The translations under genes and the position numbers were made by a program. Positions 1-15,924 of a stretch of DNA of 64,000 nt are shown here, piece by piece. Every line of letters begins with the position of its first letter. Position 1 is the stretch's first letter. The notes under the pieces were generated by a model that made no database searches, had not been told where the DNA came from, and saw only the letters and a list, made by a program, of their open reading frames with translations. The DNA comes from Spongospora subterranea f. sp. subterranea (taxonomy: Eukaryota): NCBI GenBank assembly GCA_049724395.1, contig JAUGWO010000142.1, positions 186,001 through 250,000 on the forward strand. The letters are read 5' to 3'.

Positions 1-1658
1 CCGCCGTATGTAATCTAAGATGATGCCAATTAGAGATGTGCCGGCTGAAGGTCCCATTAATGTCCGCCCTGCCCCCGACGTTGGTCATATGAAGGTTGAT
101 GGTCATTTACCCTTGGATTTTCTTCACACTTTACATTCGAACTCTAGGAAGTCCAACGAATCAGTCAGATGTATCGGGAGAAACTTGTGAAGGAGAACCA
201 TAATCATGCAATGCTCCAGTGGAAGGTGAAGTCGACTATGGCGCTTTAGGTTTGTCTGACTCTCTCAAGCTCAGGCCAGTACAATTTTACAACAAGCCGA
301 CAGAGATCGAGAGAAATATATGGAAGCTCAACGTCTACGTGTTGAGGCTGTTGAAGCAACGGTCAACATATGGGTTCATGAACTCTTGCCAGAATTTTCC
401 AAAAAGCGTAATTCCAAAAAGTGCCTTGGTTAGTGGAGTCTTTATTTTGTTCCAACTTTGCTGATATATTTTTTTAGACTTACTGTATAGAACCGGTATT
501 CCTCCTAGATTACGTTCCGTTGTATGGTCCCGGGCGATCGCCAATGGGTAATCTAAGGCCTTTTCTCTTTGCTCAGTACTGACGTTTCCCGATTAGGCTT
601 CTGATAAATACTGAGCTGTTTAGTGTATTTAGTAGTAGGGCTCAGCGAATCCATGACCAAATCGTTGCTCGTGGTCAGCAGAATGTAGAGGGCATATGCA
701 TGCATACGTTGACCAGTTTATCGGATACTTCTTTGTTTCAGGGATCATCCGCGTTAGCTGTAGGCAGAGAGAGCACCATATATTACATTGAAGTCGACTT
801 ACCCCGTACATTTCCAACACTTGCGTTCTTTCGTCGTGGTCAGCCTTTGCACAGCGAGTTACGTAATCTGCTTCAAACATATTGTTGCTATCGTCCTGAT
901 GTTGGTATGTGTCAACCGCAACATTTATTTCATATTCTCAAATTTGTCTAGGTTATGTTCAAGGAATGAGTTACCTTGCTGGAAGGTATCACCATAGTTT
1001 TTGTCGACTGATTTGCGATTCTACTGATTGGTTGCAAAATTGCAGCTTATTATTATACCTTGACCCATACATGGCGTTTACGTTGTTAGCCAACTTGTTG
1101 ATGCTTCCTTTCCTTCACGCTTTCGTCCGGATGGATACGGCGGCCATCACAGCGCAATATGCAATTCATTCCGCATTGATGCAAGCTGCGTTACCGAAGC
1201 TATATCAACACTTTTCTGACGCGGTTCTGGGTATATCCCCTCAGCTCTACGCCCTTGAGTGGTTTATTACAGTATGTTCCTTTTTGAGCCTTTTACCAGC
1301 AAGATTTGAATTTGGTTGTTTAGCTTTTCTCCAAGCGATTGAACTTGAATTGCGCTGCGCGGGCATGGGATTTAATTTTCACAGCAACACCACATGATGT
1401 AGTCATCCACAAGATAGGGATTGGGATATTATCCTGTCTTCAAGATCGCTTATTGCAGGAGCCGTTTGATGGCTGTATGCGGATTCTTAATAAGGAAGTC
1501 CAGGTACCAGTATCATCTATCAACTGTATGTTGGCGATGTGTGCTCAATATACATTTTTCAGGAGATAAGCGGTGACGCGTTAATGACCGCAGTAGCAAG
1601 TATCAGGGTACCAAGAACAATATCGACATTGTTTGATCGTGCCACTATCCATTCCTAA
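1..1658 (+). CDS. TBC-domain Rab GTPase-activating protein (TBC1D12/14-like), multi-exon, 5' end outside window
   Basis: Spliced exons give GIPPRLRSVVWS, IEVDLPRTFP (IxxDxxR finger), YRPDVG|YVQGMSYLAG (YxQ finger), LYALEWFIT, AARAWDLIF; stop TAA 1656-1658. Confidence 0.9.
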
Positions 1659-1689
1659 TAAATAACGAATGATGTACATATTGAGGTGT

Positions 1690-5671
<3,982 letters not shown>

Positions 5672-5827
5672 GATCGACAGCACACATCAACATTGTACTG
5701 GTTCATGGGTTCATGCTGAAACCTCTGGTACTTATTGTACCGTGGCGGTACCCATTTTGTCAGTCACTGGGGGCCCCTCCATCGTGTACTGCATAGTCTG
5801 CAGTCTGCACCAGAACGAGTGAACTCT

Positions 5828-5989
5828 CCGTGGCGTTACCTCCATCAACCTTGTCCCGGTGGCGGTACCCCCATCAACCTTGTGACCTTGTCCCGGTGGC
5901 GGTACCCCCATCAACCTTGTGACCTTGTCCCGGTGGCGGTACCCCCATCAACCTTTTCCCGGTGGCGATACCCCCATCAACCTTGTCCC
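5828..5989. repeat. Minisatellite, ~5 copies of a 29-37 bp unit (core CCGGTGGCGGTACCCCCATCAACCTT) upstream of RecQ
   Basis: Directly visible tandem copies; a degenerate extra core near 5740. Confidence 0.9.
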
Positions 5990-6935
5990 TGCGCCACCTC
6001 CGACTCCGATTGCTCAACAGCTTTCATCGCAATGAGAAATCATTTGCCCAGTGTTTTCTACTTCGATGATCGGTTGTTTTCTACTAGCCACAGGTCTGGC
6101 AGCACACAACAGCCTCACATCCGATTTTGTTTCCTGTTTCTTCGTTCAACCTTCAAGTTCCTCATCTTCTTCGTTCAACCTTCAAGATCCTCATCGCTTC
6201 TGCTGGGGTCGTGGCCAAAGAATCCTTTGGCGCATTGAAGCTTGGGCAAGCTCCTGTAGAGTTTTTCCTTTTTTTTGCTTCAATTTTGAGGCAAACGGCG
6301 AGCACATATATAACAAATCGCTTGGCTTGTATAGTGGTCATACTTCTCGCCGTGTTTCAAAGATAGAATCCCTGCATTCAGTTAATCCTCTATTCCTTCA
6401 TGGTCGCTTTCACCCATATGGCTAGGTAGGTCAAACGCGAAACGGATTTATTCAAGTCTTCACCCGCGTTGGTCGGATTTTATATTTTCACTGTATCGTT
6501 CTTGGTCGCGTTTACTCTCTGAACACGCCTCTACAGCCAAGTCGTATTCCCGGTTCCACATATTTCTATGATTGCTTTCAGGTACGTTAGGCCCAGGAGC
6601 ACGGGCAAGAACGCCTTTAGGGGACACGAACTCATATGTTTATGTCATAAGATCTACGCTTTACGTCGCTCAGCAGTCTGATCTGAAACAATGGGTCGTG
6701 ACTCGTGTGAGGTTTGCAATTTCCCGACTCACCAAAACCCAAAAACCCGTTGGGAAAGCTTTTACGGAAGATTAGTAAACCGGATCAAGTTGTTTCCTCA
6801 CAACAGGCTATTTTTTCAACGAGGTTGCCTCAACCTTTGACTGTTCAACGATTGTATCTCTTCGGTATTCTGATTTCACACGAACGCGTTAACACTGGTA
6901 TCTGGATGATCGAAAATAGATGATGTTTAATATTC

Positions 6936-7295
6936 TTAATAAGCATGTAAACCATGTCCAGTATGGGGATCATGATGAACGCCATGATGGCCATCGTGAT
7001 GTTCGTTATGTCCACCCATGTCCTCAATCTCCTCGCCGACCATGTGGAAGTCTTCTTCGGCCTCAACGAACGCGTTTGGCTCGTGATGATCGTGATGGTG
7101 CCCAGTTCGCCCAGCGATTCGGTGATGAATCATGTCGAACGTGGGGGTCATTGGTGTCAGCGAGAGCGGGACCGGCTTCTTGAATGTTGTCGCTGCTGCT
7201 GCTGGGGGCGGTGGGGGTGGAGGCGCTTGCGACAATACTGCAATGAGTAGCCCAAGAAAAACTGCTATCGCAAATTGGCTTGACATGATTGACAT
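6936..7295 (-). CDS. Small secreted Pro/His/Glu-rich protein, single exon
   Basis: Hydrophobic N-terminus (FAIAVFLGLLIAVLSQA), poly-Pro/Ala linker, His-rich C-terminus (HHHDHHE..HNEHHDGHHGVHHDPH). Confidence 0.65.
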   Translation of the reverse strand: MSIMSSQFAIAVFLGLLIAVLSQAPPPPPPPAAAATTFKKPVPLSLTPMTPTFDMIHHRIAGRTGHHHDHHEPNAFVEAEEDFHMVGEEIEDMGGHNEHHDGHHGVHHDPHTGHGLHAY

Positions 7296-8659
7296 TGTGA
7301 TCAAACAATCACTTTCAAGAATGAAAATAGAAACCCTTGTTGATATGGCTTAGTGGAATTTCGTTTCCGGATGTCGGCAAGGACAATTGACTCATGATAT
7401 TTGAGCAACAGCCGGGACTGACGATGCATGTGTCACGCCTTCTTCCGGCTCTTTGTATATGCGGAGCTGCATCGATGGACTGTTTACCGGTCAATGCGTC
7501 TCGAGACGCTTTTTACACATAAAATCGTTGATGGCGCCAATTTGAAAGCTCTTCTACTGACGGAAAAAAGGTCCAATTTTTGACGATTTTCTGCGATTCG
7601 AGAGGGGAAATGAGGTTAAAGGCAGCTTGTGTAGCTTGAGCTCCTTATACGAAGAAAATGAAGCGAGGTTGTTTTCAATCTGGAGCAGGGCATTCAACTC
7701 AGCAGTTAAAAAAAATCGAAAGCCAATGGCGACAGAGAGCGGAAGTCGTGCCGGCAACTGTGGTCTAGCCGCGTGTTGAAAAACATGAAAACCGACTTCC
7801 GTTTGCCATTGGCCTTCATTGCAATTCAATTCAACCTGCTGAGTTGAACGCCTACTACATATATCGCCCTTTCCAAATTAAATGCAAGCAACCTCGCTTC
7901 GTTTTCTTCATTTCCGGACCTTAAGCTATGGTGAAACGAGAGAAGACCGTTCTTCAAGAGTTGGACTGCGTTCGTCAACGGCTGGACTTAAACGGTTGAA
8001 TTCGTTTTTGCTTTTGAGGAGTTTGACCGAAGGTCCTGTCGAAGTGATGGTCGCCTTGTGCATTTGCCGGAGATCGCTAATATTTCTTTAGAAAGGACGA
8101 GCAAGGTTTTCCCACTCAAGAGAACAGCTCAACGGCCTTGTCGAATAAAGCCTAACATCATGCATGTTTAGATCTTTGGACTGGAAGAACTTTGTAAGAT
8201 TCTGGAAAAGTTGCTCGATAAGAATTTCAACCTCAGCATTACGGCTTGGGGATAGATGAAGAGTGCCTGAATGGAGCTCGTCCACTTAAACTATCGTCTG
8301 CGACCTCTTTTTGAATCAGCAATCCGCAAAATTCCCAAATCAAATCTTGAGCAACGTATTGCAATTTACCGCTTCGGCGAGCAAATGCAGCGCTCATGTC
8401 AAAATTGTGGCGTTTCTGATTGTATGCATTTTTTAAAATAAACGAAATATGAACAAAATGGTTGAGCCTTTGAGTTTTTTCAAGCAACCGAAGATTCAAG
8501 CCAGTACATCGACTGTAGATGTATTCGTCCGCAATCTATGCGAAAGGTTTTTTAGTTTACCGAAAATGGCATTGCCTGATTTCGGCAAGAGTTCAAACCC
8601 TGCTCATCTCGAAATGCAAATGTTTCGAAATTGAATGGGCACTCTTGGGAATTGAACCT

Positions 8660-9495
8660 ATTCATTCTGAACTAAACACATCAATTTTGATTGGATACTG
8701 CCTTTGCCTGGGTCCTTCGCACCACCAACCTCCCGCTCCTGGTTGCATCTTCCTCGCTGACGACTTCGCTTCGTGTTGTCTTCGACCCGTTCCCTAACAG
8801 ATATTCAGAATGAATCCTTTGGACGAATCCTGCTGGAGTTATTCGGAACCTGAGTTATTCCCCTGAAGAGGGAGCAGCCCTTAACGTCACCGTCGAAGAA
8901 AGACAAATATACACGAAGCGAAGTCGTGATCGATCCAACGACCGGTTGCTGGTGGGAAAAACCGAGATGAGGACAGTAGCAAATCAAGATTGATGTATCT
9001 AATGAAAGAGATAAGTATTAGGAAAGGTATTAAAAAAACGAATTCTTCGGACGAATCCTACTTGAGTTCTTCGGAACCTGAATTATTCCGCGCCATAGTA
9101 TTGGTTGGCGTGGTTTGTTCCTGACAAGGGAGCAGCCTTTGACATTACCCCCTTCTTGGAATCTTGATTTTGGTGATGTTAGGACCCGGTTTATCTGGAT
9201 GCTCTTGATGCTTGAGTCTTTGCGTGGGCCCAAAGAGTTTTGGCGAATTTCCAAGAACGTTCAGTGGGTCCAGGTCCGCAATCAATCAAACCCTGGAGCT
9301 CATTTTATAAATACCTTGTCTAGCCCTCAAGCTGCATTGGGTGGTGGCTGATGACGGTTCGAGATGGTGTTGGGTCTGTATGGCTCTAAATTGAGAAACA
9401 CGAAACACATCGTGACGTCTTGACTGTTTGCCGGAAGTCGTAATCGAAAGGCCACTGGATTGATGATGTCGACAATTGAGAAGGCCTTAACATCT
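8660..9495 (-). mobile_element. Decayed Ty3/gypsy chromovirus 3' end: integrase tail, chromodomain, PPT, LTR, plus a second rearranged LTR
   Basis: Broken frames FSIVDIINPVAFRLRLP / RHDVFRVSQ / LEPYRPNTISNRHQPPP; GPTERSW..HQEHPDKPGP; PPT AAGAAGGGGGTAA (9145-9157) followed by an LTR TGTCA...TGAC (9144 down to ~8885). Confidence 0.75.
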
Positions 9496-10129
9496 TATGA
9501 ATATCAGGAATACATTTCCTATAGTGCAATTATCATTGCCAAAGCTTGCTTCCCTTATCAGAATTTCAGGATTATTTCAAGGCCGCACTAAACGCAGCTT
9601 GGAGACTCTGATCAAAAGTGAAGCGACATGCACGCTTGGTTTCGATATCTCTCGACGCGCTGTTCGCGCCGCTACAGCGCGTATTGAAAACGAATTTTCT
9701 CGAACATCAACAAAACCAGCAAAATACAGGGTTTGGTTGGTTGGGCGTGTCTATCCGATCGCCTCAACACGCGTGTCGATACGCAGTCTGACATGAAGCG
9801 AAACATTTATCCGTCGCGATCTGTTGATCTTGATGAGTGGTGTGATCCCAAAGGGCTGCGCCGTCTGCGGGTCTTTCAAAGCCCTAATGAAGGACTATTG
9901 AAGGAAAACCCGATCCAGAGCAAATAAGGGCAGGTAGGCAGGCAGCCGAAGGCAGGGGAACTCATTATTCGGCGCTGTCGATATCCTGCCAATGACAGAA
10001 CCAACCCTCTCTGACACAGCAGACCATGCTGGAGATGGGAACGCGCCCATGAATAGGAATGCGTCGTCGCTGTTATCGGAAGGTAACTTAGTGGTCTTAT
10101 ACTTGGCGTGAATTCATTTGCCAGCGTCA

Positions 10130-13100
10130 ATGATGTCAGACTTTCTGAATGATATAGCGTGTGAGGACGACCCTAATCTACAATCCGGTTTCGAACCTGG
10201 CGATCAAACGGCTTTTAGCACTACTTCTTCATCAGCTAACCGACTAGTATCATCGGTATGTTATATAAACTTTTTGTTTCACAAAATGGTGCTAATGTCC
10301 AGTGAATCAGCCTTCTACCTCTCATCATGCGCCGTCAACGCCAACACCCCCAACTACAGATTTTCAGCTTACTCAATCTGAAACCTTCGGGTCATATTTC
10401 AATAATGTATTAACTGATGATGGGGATGACCTTTTCCTTCCCAATGGCGAACGAGGTTCCAACGACAACGGCTATGTCCCTTCGACGTGGTCCCAGGCGC
10501 TTAATGATCAGAGTGTGGCCCCAGAACAGGAAAATTGGGGCTACACTGATTATTCTACCTTCGGAACAGTACGTGTTCCTATGATCGTAACTGGTTGTTG
10601 ATTTGATTATAGATCTCGTTTAGGTCAGCAGAGATGGAATCACAGGGCCGGGTGCCGACATGTTTCATTCGGAACCACTTGAGGCGTCATCAAACGATAT
10701 TAGTGATTACTTCCGTCCGGCAAAATGTTATTTGAAGAAACCCTTTTGAAAATGAACAAATTTTGTAGGCCAAGATGTCAGCCCGCTGCATAGTTCCGAC
10801 GGCACGTTAAATTTCAGTATCAGTCAGCATATGCAACAAGTTGATAGTGTGGCTTTTTGTCAGATTCCTGGCTCTTATAATCATTCTTAGGCCTCGGAAT
10901 TCCAGGATCCATCCGAACGAAATAGTTATTTCGAGATGCATGGTGATGAGCTGAACAATAGTGTACGTGTCAATTTTTATTGATAGTTATTCTGATATGT
11001 CTTAGGTTGCTGCTGGATTTTCATCGGAAGGACTTACCGAATATGCAGACCCATCAAGGCCTCTTGAACGCCATTTCAGAGAGTATCAATATGAATCGTA
11101 TTCGAGCCACTTTGATACACAAACCTCGCATGTTGCTGCTGCTGAATATGGCGACCTTGGTCCACTTGACTATTACCAGAACGATTCATATTCAGAAAGT
11201 TTTGCAACAAATCAAGACAGTTATGGTTTGGCACCAGACAACCAAGTGCCACATTACTATCATCCAGATCATCTCAGTAGCATGAATCATGGCCATATAG
11301 AATCGCAGTATGTCAACGACGACTTTAGTTTGTCGCATTCGGAAGATGTTGCAAACATAAGTCCTGATCATATACGATTGTCAACTGCTGCCGCACATCG
11401 ACAGAATCCAAGCCACAGTTTACGCAACAAATTGCCTCAGTTTGCTGACGTTGACATTCACCGAGCAGGGGATCAACCACCCTGTCCATTACCTGTTTCT
11501 AAATCTCATCCGTCTAATACTACTTATCGGGCCCCTGATCCGCATCCTATTATGTGCTTTGCCTTCGGTAAATCATTGCTCCTCACATTGTGTAGATCTT
11601 GATGTTTTCCAGGGGGGAAAATAGTCACGACATTCGTTAAAGCGTCTCGTCATCAAAAGGATCATGGAGCCGAATTGAAGTGCGTCGGTTTCGTTTTTTT
11701 GTTACGTATTAGTAATTCATTTATTCAGGTTGGGTTTTCATATGAAATCCTATCCAGGGCCGGTCCGATGTAGACCCCTTAAGAACATCCTTACAAACAC
11801 TCTTTTTGGTGATGTTATATCTTCATTCTGCGGTTTGTCGTTCGAGCCAATGTTGCTTTGGCTCAGTGTCTCATTATTTTTTAGGTCCATTAACATCGTC
11901 TTCTAAAATTGTCAAGCTGCTTGAGTCACGCTCATCATCTCGTGAACCATCTTGTTTGTTGTGGCAATTGGTTTCCAACCTTGCTCATAATAAGGGCATC
12001 TTCAATGGTGCTCAGGTTGCCTCTAGAAATATCTTTGTACGGGTGTCGTATTTATTGTTTTCCAGGTATCATCAACGTTGACTGGGGATGTACCTCATTC
12101 TAGTGGCGATGTGTGGCTTGGTGGTAGCCAATCGGATGCTGGCTCTCCTTGTCTTCCCCATCCAGTTAGTTACCCTAAGCCTCAAAACGATGATATCACA
12201 GAAATTCAGCGTTATGTAATCGCCGGTCAGCTCGCTCAGGCTTGCGAATTTGCATCTTCCAAAGGTTTAATGTGCAATGCTACTTTTATCCAGCTTTCGC
12301 TGAGATCTATGCAACGTAGGACTTTGGTCTCATGCATTGGTTATTTCTTCGTACTGTGATCCCAAGCTGCATCAGACAATCATTGTAAGGTATCGCGACT
12401 CTTTCCTAACTTCTGGCAGCCCACTGCACACTATATATGGGTACGATCTGGTATCTATTATGAAATTGGATTCCCATCCTCTTGGTGGTATTATAGAGTT
12501 ATCGCCCAAACTCCTGTAAATTCTATTGAGTATTGGAGGCAAAATCTTGCTGCATTGTATAATCTACCAAGGTCGCAAAATGCAATTATTCAGGTATCGT
12601 CGGTTTATAATGTACTGTTTGCGCGCCTGTAACTGTGGTTCAATATTCTTCAGCTTGGAAATATTTTGTTATCCAATGGTGATATCATTGGAGCGCATTC
12701 ATGCTTTATTCTGTGCAGTCATCTTGGTATGCTGTAAATGTGTATATGTACTGATTTGCTGAAATATCACTGCTTCTCAGAAAACCTCTCGCTGCTGGGC
12801 TGTTCCACCCCATTGAACAAGACATTTCAGTGCTTATCTCCTGCCAGTCTTCAGTTAACTGAGGTGTATGAACATTCTAGTAAGTCCGTTCGCGTCTGAT
12901 TGCAACTTAGTTTCTCATTGCGATTATCAGTCCGACGTCATGATAACAAATTTGTCCTGATCCCGCTGATATCCCATAAATTCTCCTACGCCTGTCTTTT
13001 GATTGATCTAGGATATATCGCTGACGCAGCTGATTATGTCGCCACTGTTATCCGTGCCATTACTCAATGTGAAATGCAAAATCGGAAACTGTTCAATAGC

Positions 13101-14070
13101 GACTATTGCACCGCGATTCGACACATTGAACAACGATTAAATCGGTTGACGCAAGGAGGTATTCGACAGAATGGGCGATTCCCCATTTATGAGAGCTGAT
13201 CTGGTCATAGGTGGTAAAATCGAAAAAGCCAGTGTGTTAGGATCTTTATTCGACAACATTTCTCGCCTGTTAATCGGTAAAGATGAGGAACACAAAGGTG
13301 CACCGGCAACGGCAACTCGGCCAGCGGTGTTCAATTCAAACGTAACTGCCCATCCTGAGAAGCCTGTAGCACAGCCACCAGGCCCGTGGCACATTTGCTA
13401 CATATTTTCTCCGGTTGCTGATTTTTTATTCAGTTCCCGAAAACACTGGTGATGTTAATACGGATGAAAACATTCTCACGAAACTCTCTGGATTTTTCAA
13501 GAAGAGAACAGGTACATCACCTTCGTCAAATGCCGATTTTGAAGATGATAATGAAGAAAAATTCGTATGGGACCCCGTCAGTAACAACTGGGTAAATCAA
13601 TCATTCGGGATATCGCAAACGATTCCTAAGCATTTTTTTGTAATCAAGATTTCAAATGTTGTTGGCGCTCCTGTTCCGCTGGCCGATTCGACTCCAGCTA
13701 GAGTCCCACCCCCTCCATCACGGCGATCTCAGGCATCTGCGCACCCAATGCCACGTAATCCAGTAGAAAGAACCAAGATTGCGTCGAGATATGCTCTTGA
13801 TCATGCAATCAAACCTGCTCCTGGTAAATCACATCGCATATTTTAAAAATGTAACTGTGTCTCACCTGGTTTTGTGCAGAGGTGACCCCGCCTGCAGCAA
13901 CGGTTTCATCAGTGGTTCCCAGGCAAGCTACAGCAATGAATGTGCCTGCTGTGGGTCCTCCGAGTCGCCCCATTCCTGGCCGAATGGTAGGACGCCGGGC
14001 TCCTCCTTTTCCTAACCAGGTTAGCCAATTTTTTTCTGCATATATTTGCTTACTGACTGAGTAATAGTAG
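10130..14070 (+). CDS. SEC16: COPII scaffold protein Sec16-like, multi-exon
   Basis: Disordered N-terminus; PHPIMCFAFG|GKIV, AGQLAQACEFA..LWSHALVISS, GSPLHTIY, YWRQNLAAL, GAHSCFIL, QLTEVYE, HKFSYACLLIDLG; C-terminal KFVWDPVSNNW and SRYA; 3' end approximate. Confidence 0.85.
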
Positions 14071-14238
14071 AGAAATGTCTAAATCAATTATTTTATAAAT
14101 CTATCGAACTCTGCAATATAAGATGATATACTAATTTGTGATACTACTGTTCGTCGGGTACAATTTCGGCAGTGCTTAAGATTCACCGCATGTTTCGCAC
14201 TTGCAGAAAACAAATTGAAGATACCTTGTAGCCCTCTA

Positions 14239-15823
14239 CAGTAGTGGGGTAAGAATCAAAATCTAGGATATTTACAGCAAAATTTCATAAAACACGGTTT
14301 TTATTACCCAAATATCTAGAATGTAGATTTCAAAAAATAATCCACAAACACGGTATCGTTAGGTACAGTACAAAAGATTTGTATGGAAATGAAAAACGGT
14401 TTTACTACGTCGTTTTCGCCCTGGGTTATTCACTTACTTTGGTGCCGACTTGCCTGACATAGGATTGCAATGGCATCATTGATTTTACAAATTGTAAATA
14501 TTGTTGTTTTCGGGAGAAATGAAATATTCGCGAAGAAAACTGCGTCACTTGTCCGGGCTGCGCTGAAATTTCGCAGCACTGCATTTGGTCATCCACATCC
14601 TGTATAATCTCTTCAGAGCATAACCTCGACGACGGAGCATACCACGATTGTCGAATAAAACTTCGTCGAGAAACGTCAACGTTGCATGCGTCCAATCAAT
14701 TGCTTTCAGCTCGTTGAAAAATCGAATTATATCTTTGCGGCTGATCTGGATTGCACAACGCTCTATGTACTGCAATACGAGCGTAGATTTCATCAATGAC
14801 AAGCAACGAACCTCAATCATCGTACCTTGTAAGTTAGTTTATTCTCCGACATAATCCTCCAAACACTGGGAACGCTGATATTTACCCCCCATTCAAGAAT
14901 GAAAGCATGTCGTGTTTCATCTAGGAATGATAACGGATGTTTCAAGATAAATTCAAAAATCCATTTGCGTTGCTGGGGCGAGGATTTCGGGTTTGATCGC
15001 TGGGATGAACGACGATAAACCTCACCAGTTTCTTGGTACCGGTTGATCCATCGGCTAATGGACCCATTGCCTTTTCTGAAAATCGTGGCAATCTTTGCAA
15101 CCGTGAGCCCCAAAAAGAAATAAGCGTAGATTGCATGCATTTTTGTATTTGATGATGCATGCTGGCCATCAATTGCAGCGCATAGCCCTGCTTGTCGTGC
15201 ACCGACCATGGTGTCAGGTCGAGAACAGGATACAACAGGGACGCAAGGGTTGATCAGTTTATTATTAAACAAAAGATCAAACACGATGGAATCATTGATA
15301 GGAAAATGTCTGAAAATGTAGTCTTTGACCACGTTACCGCATGTTAACTGTTGCCGTAGTCAGCGATATTTGATGAGGGGGCCTCTCTCAAGAATCGCGG
15401 AGTGCGACTTTGAATCATCGCAGTGTTCCATTTGAACTAAGAATCGCAGTATTGTTTTCGTTAAATGTGTTTTCCATCAAAATTTTGATACTCTGTGTGT
15501 CGTCAATTAGATGACCATTCGAGCAAAACCTAACCATATCCGATTTCCCTTTTTTCTCAGAAGCATCGGCGAGCTATGATTGATTCCACCAGTCCCATCC
15601 AGAATAACCAGTGAAATATTCTTGGCTGATTGCTTGGTAGTTTCCTGGATGAGACTTTACCGCCGCTGCTTCTGGGACATAAACTATGGTTAGATGCCTT
15701 CAAAATGTTTGTGATTTGTTAAGTGGAGTTACGAAACGTACTTTACACAGACACATCCAATTTTTGTAAAAAACTGTGTTTTATGACATTTTGCTGTAAT
15801 TAGGCTTCGGTGTTTTACCCATC
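14239..15823 (-). mobile_element. IS630/Tc1-mariner-superfamily DNA transposon, defective
   Basis: Transposase remnant ~14545-15431: HTH (IATIFRKGNGSISRWINRYQETG), second HTH (HPLSFLDE..ISVPSVWRIM), intron, then FLDE..FDNRGMLRRRGYA with the rest of the DDE domain missing; in-frame TGA near 15360; inverted repeats 14272-14302 and 15769-15799 (29/31 match); TA-CAGT left end. Confidence 0.8.
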
Positions 15824-15924
15824 TAGAAGGAAAACGCTATCTTCATGTTCGCTTTTCCTGTCAGGTTTTCAAAATCGAATTATCGGTTGCTGTCGTCGGG
15901 TACTTATATAGATAGCTGTGGAGG

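Noticed and set aside
6954..7353. Met-rich plus-strand ORFs
   Set aside because: Antisense shadows of CAT (His) codons in the minus-strand secreted protein
8805..9254. Two minus-strand ORFs sharing GI(T/I)QVP(N/K)NSSRIRPK, resembling a duplicated exon
   Set aside because: The duplication begins exactly after a PPT with TGTCA and is better explained as two LTR copies
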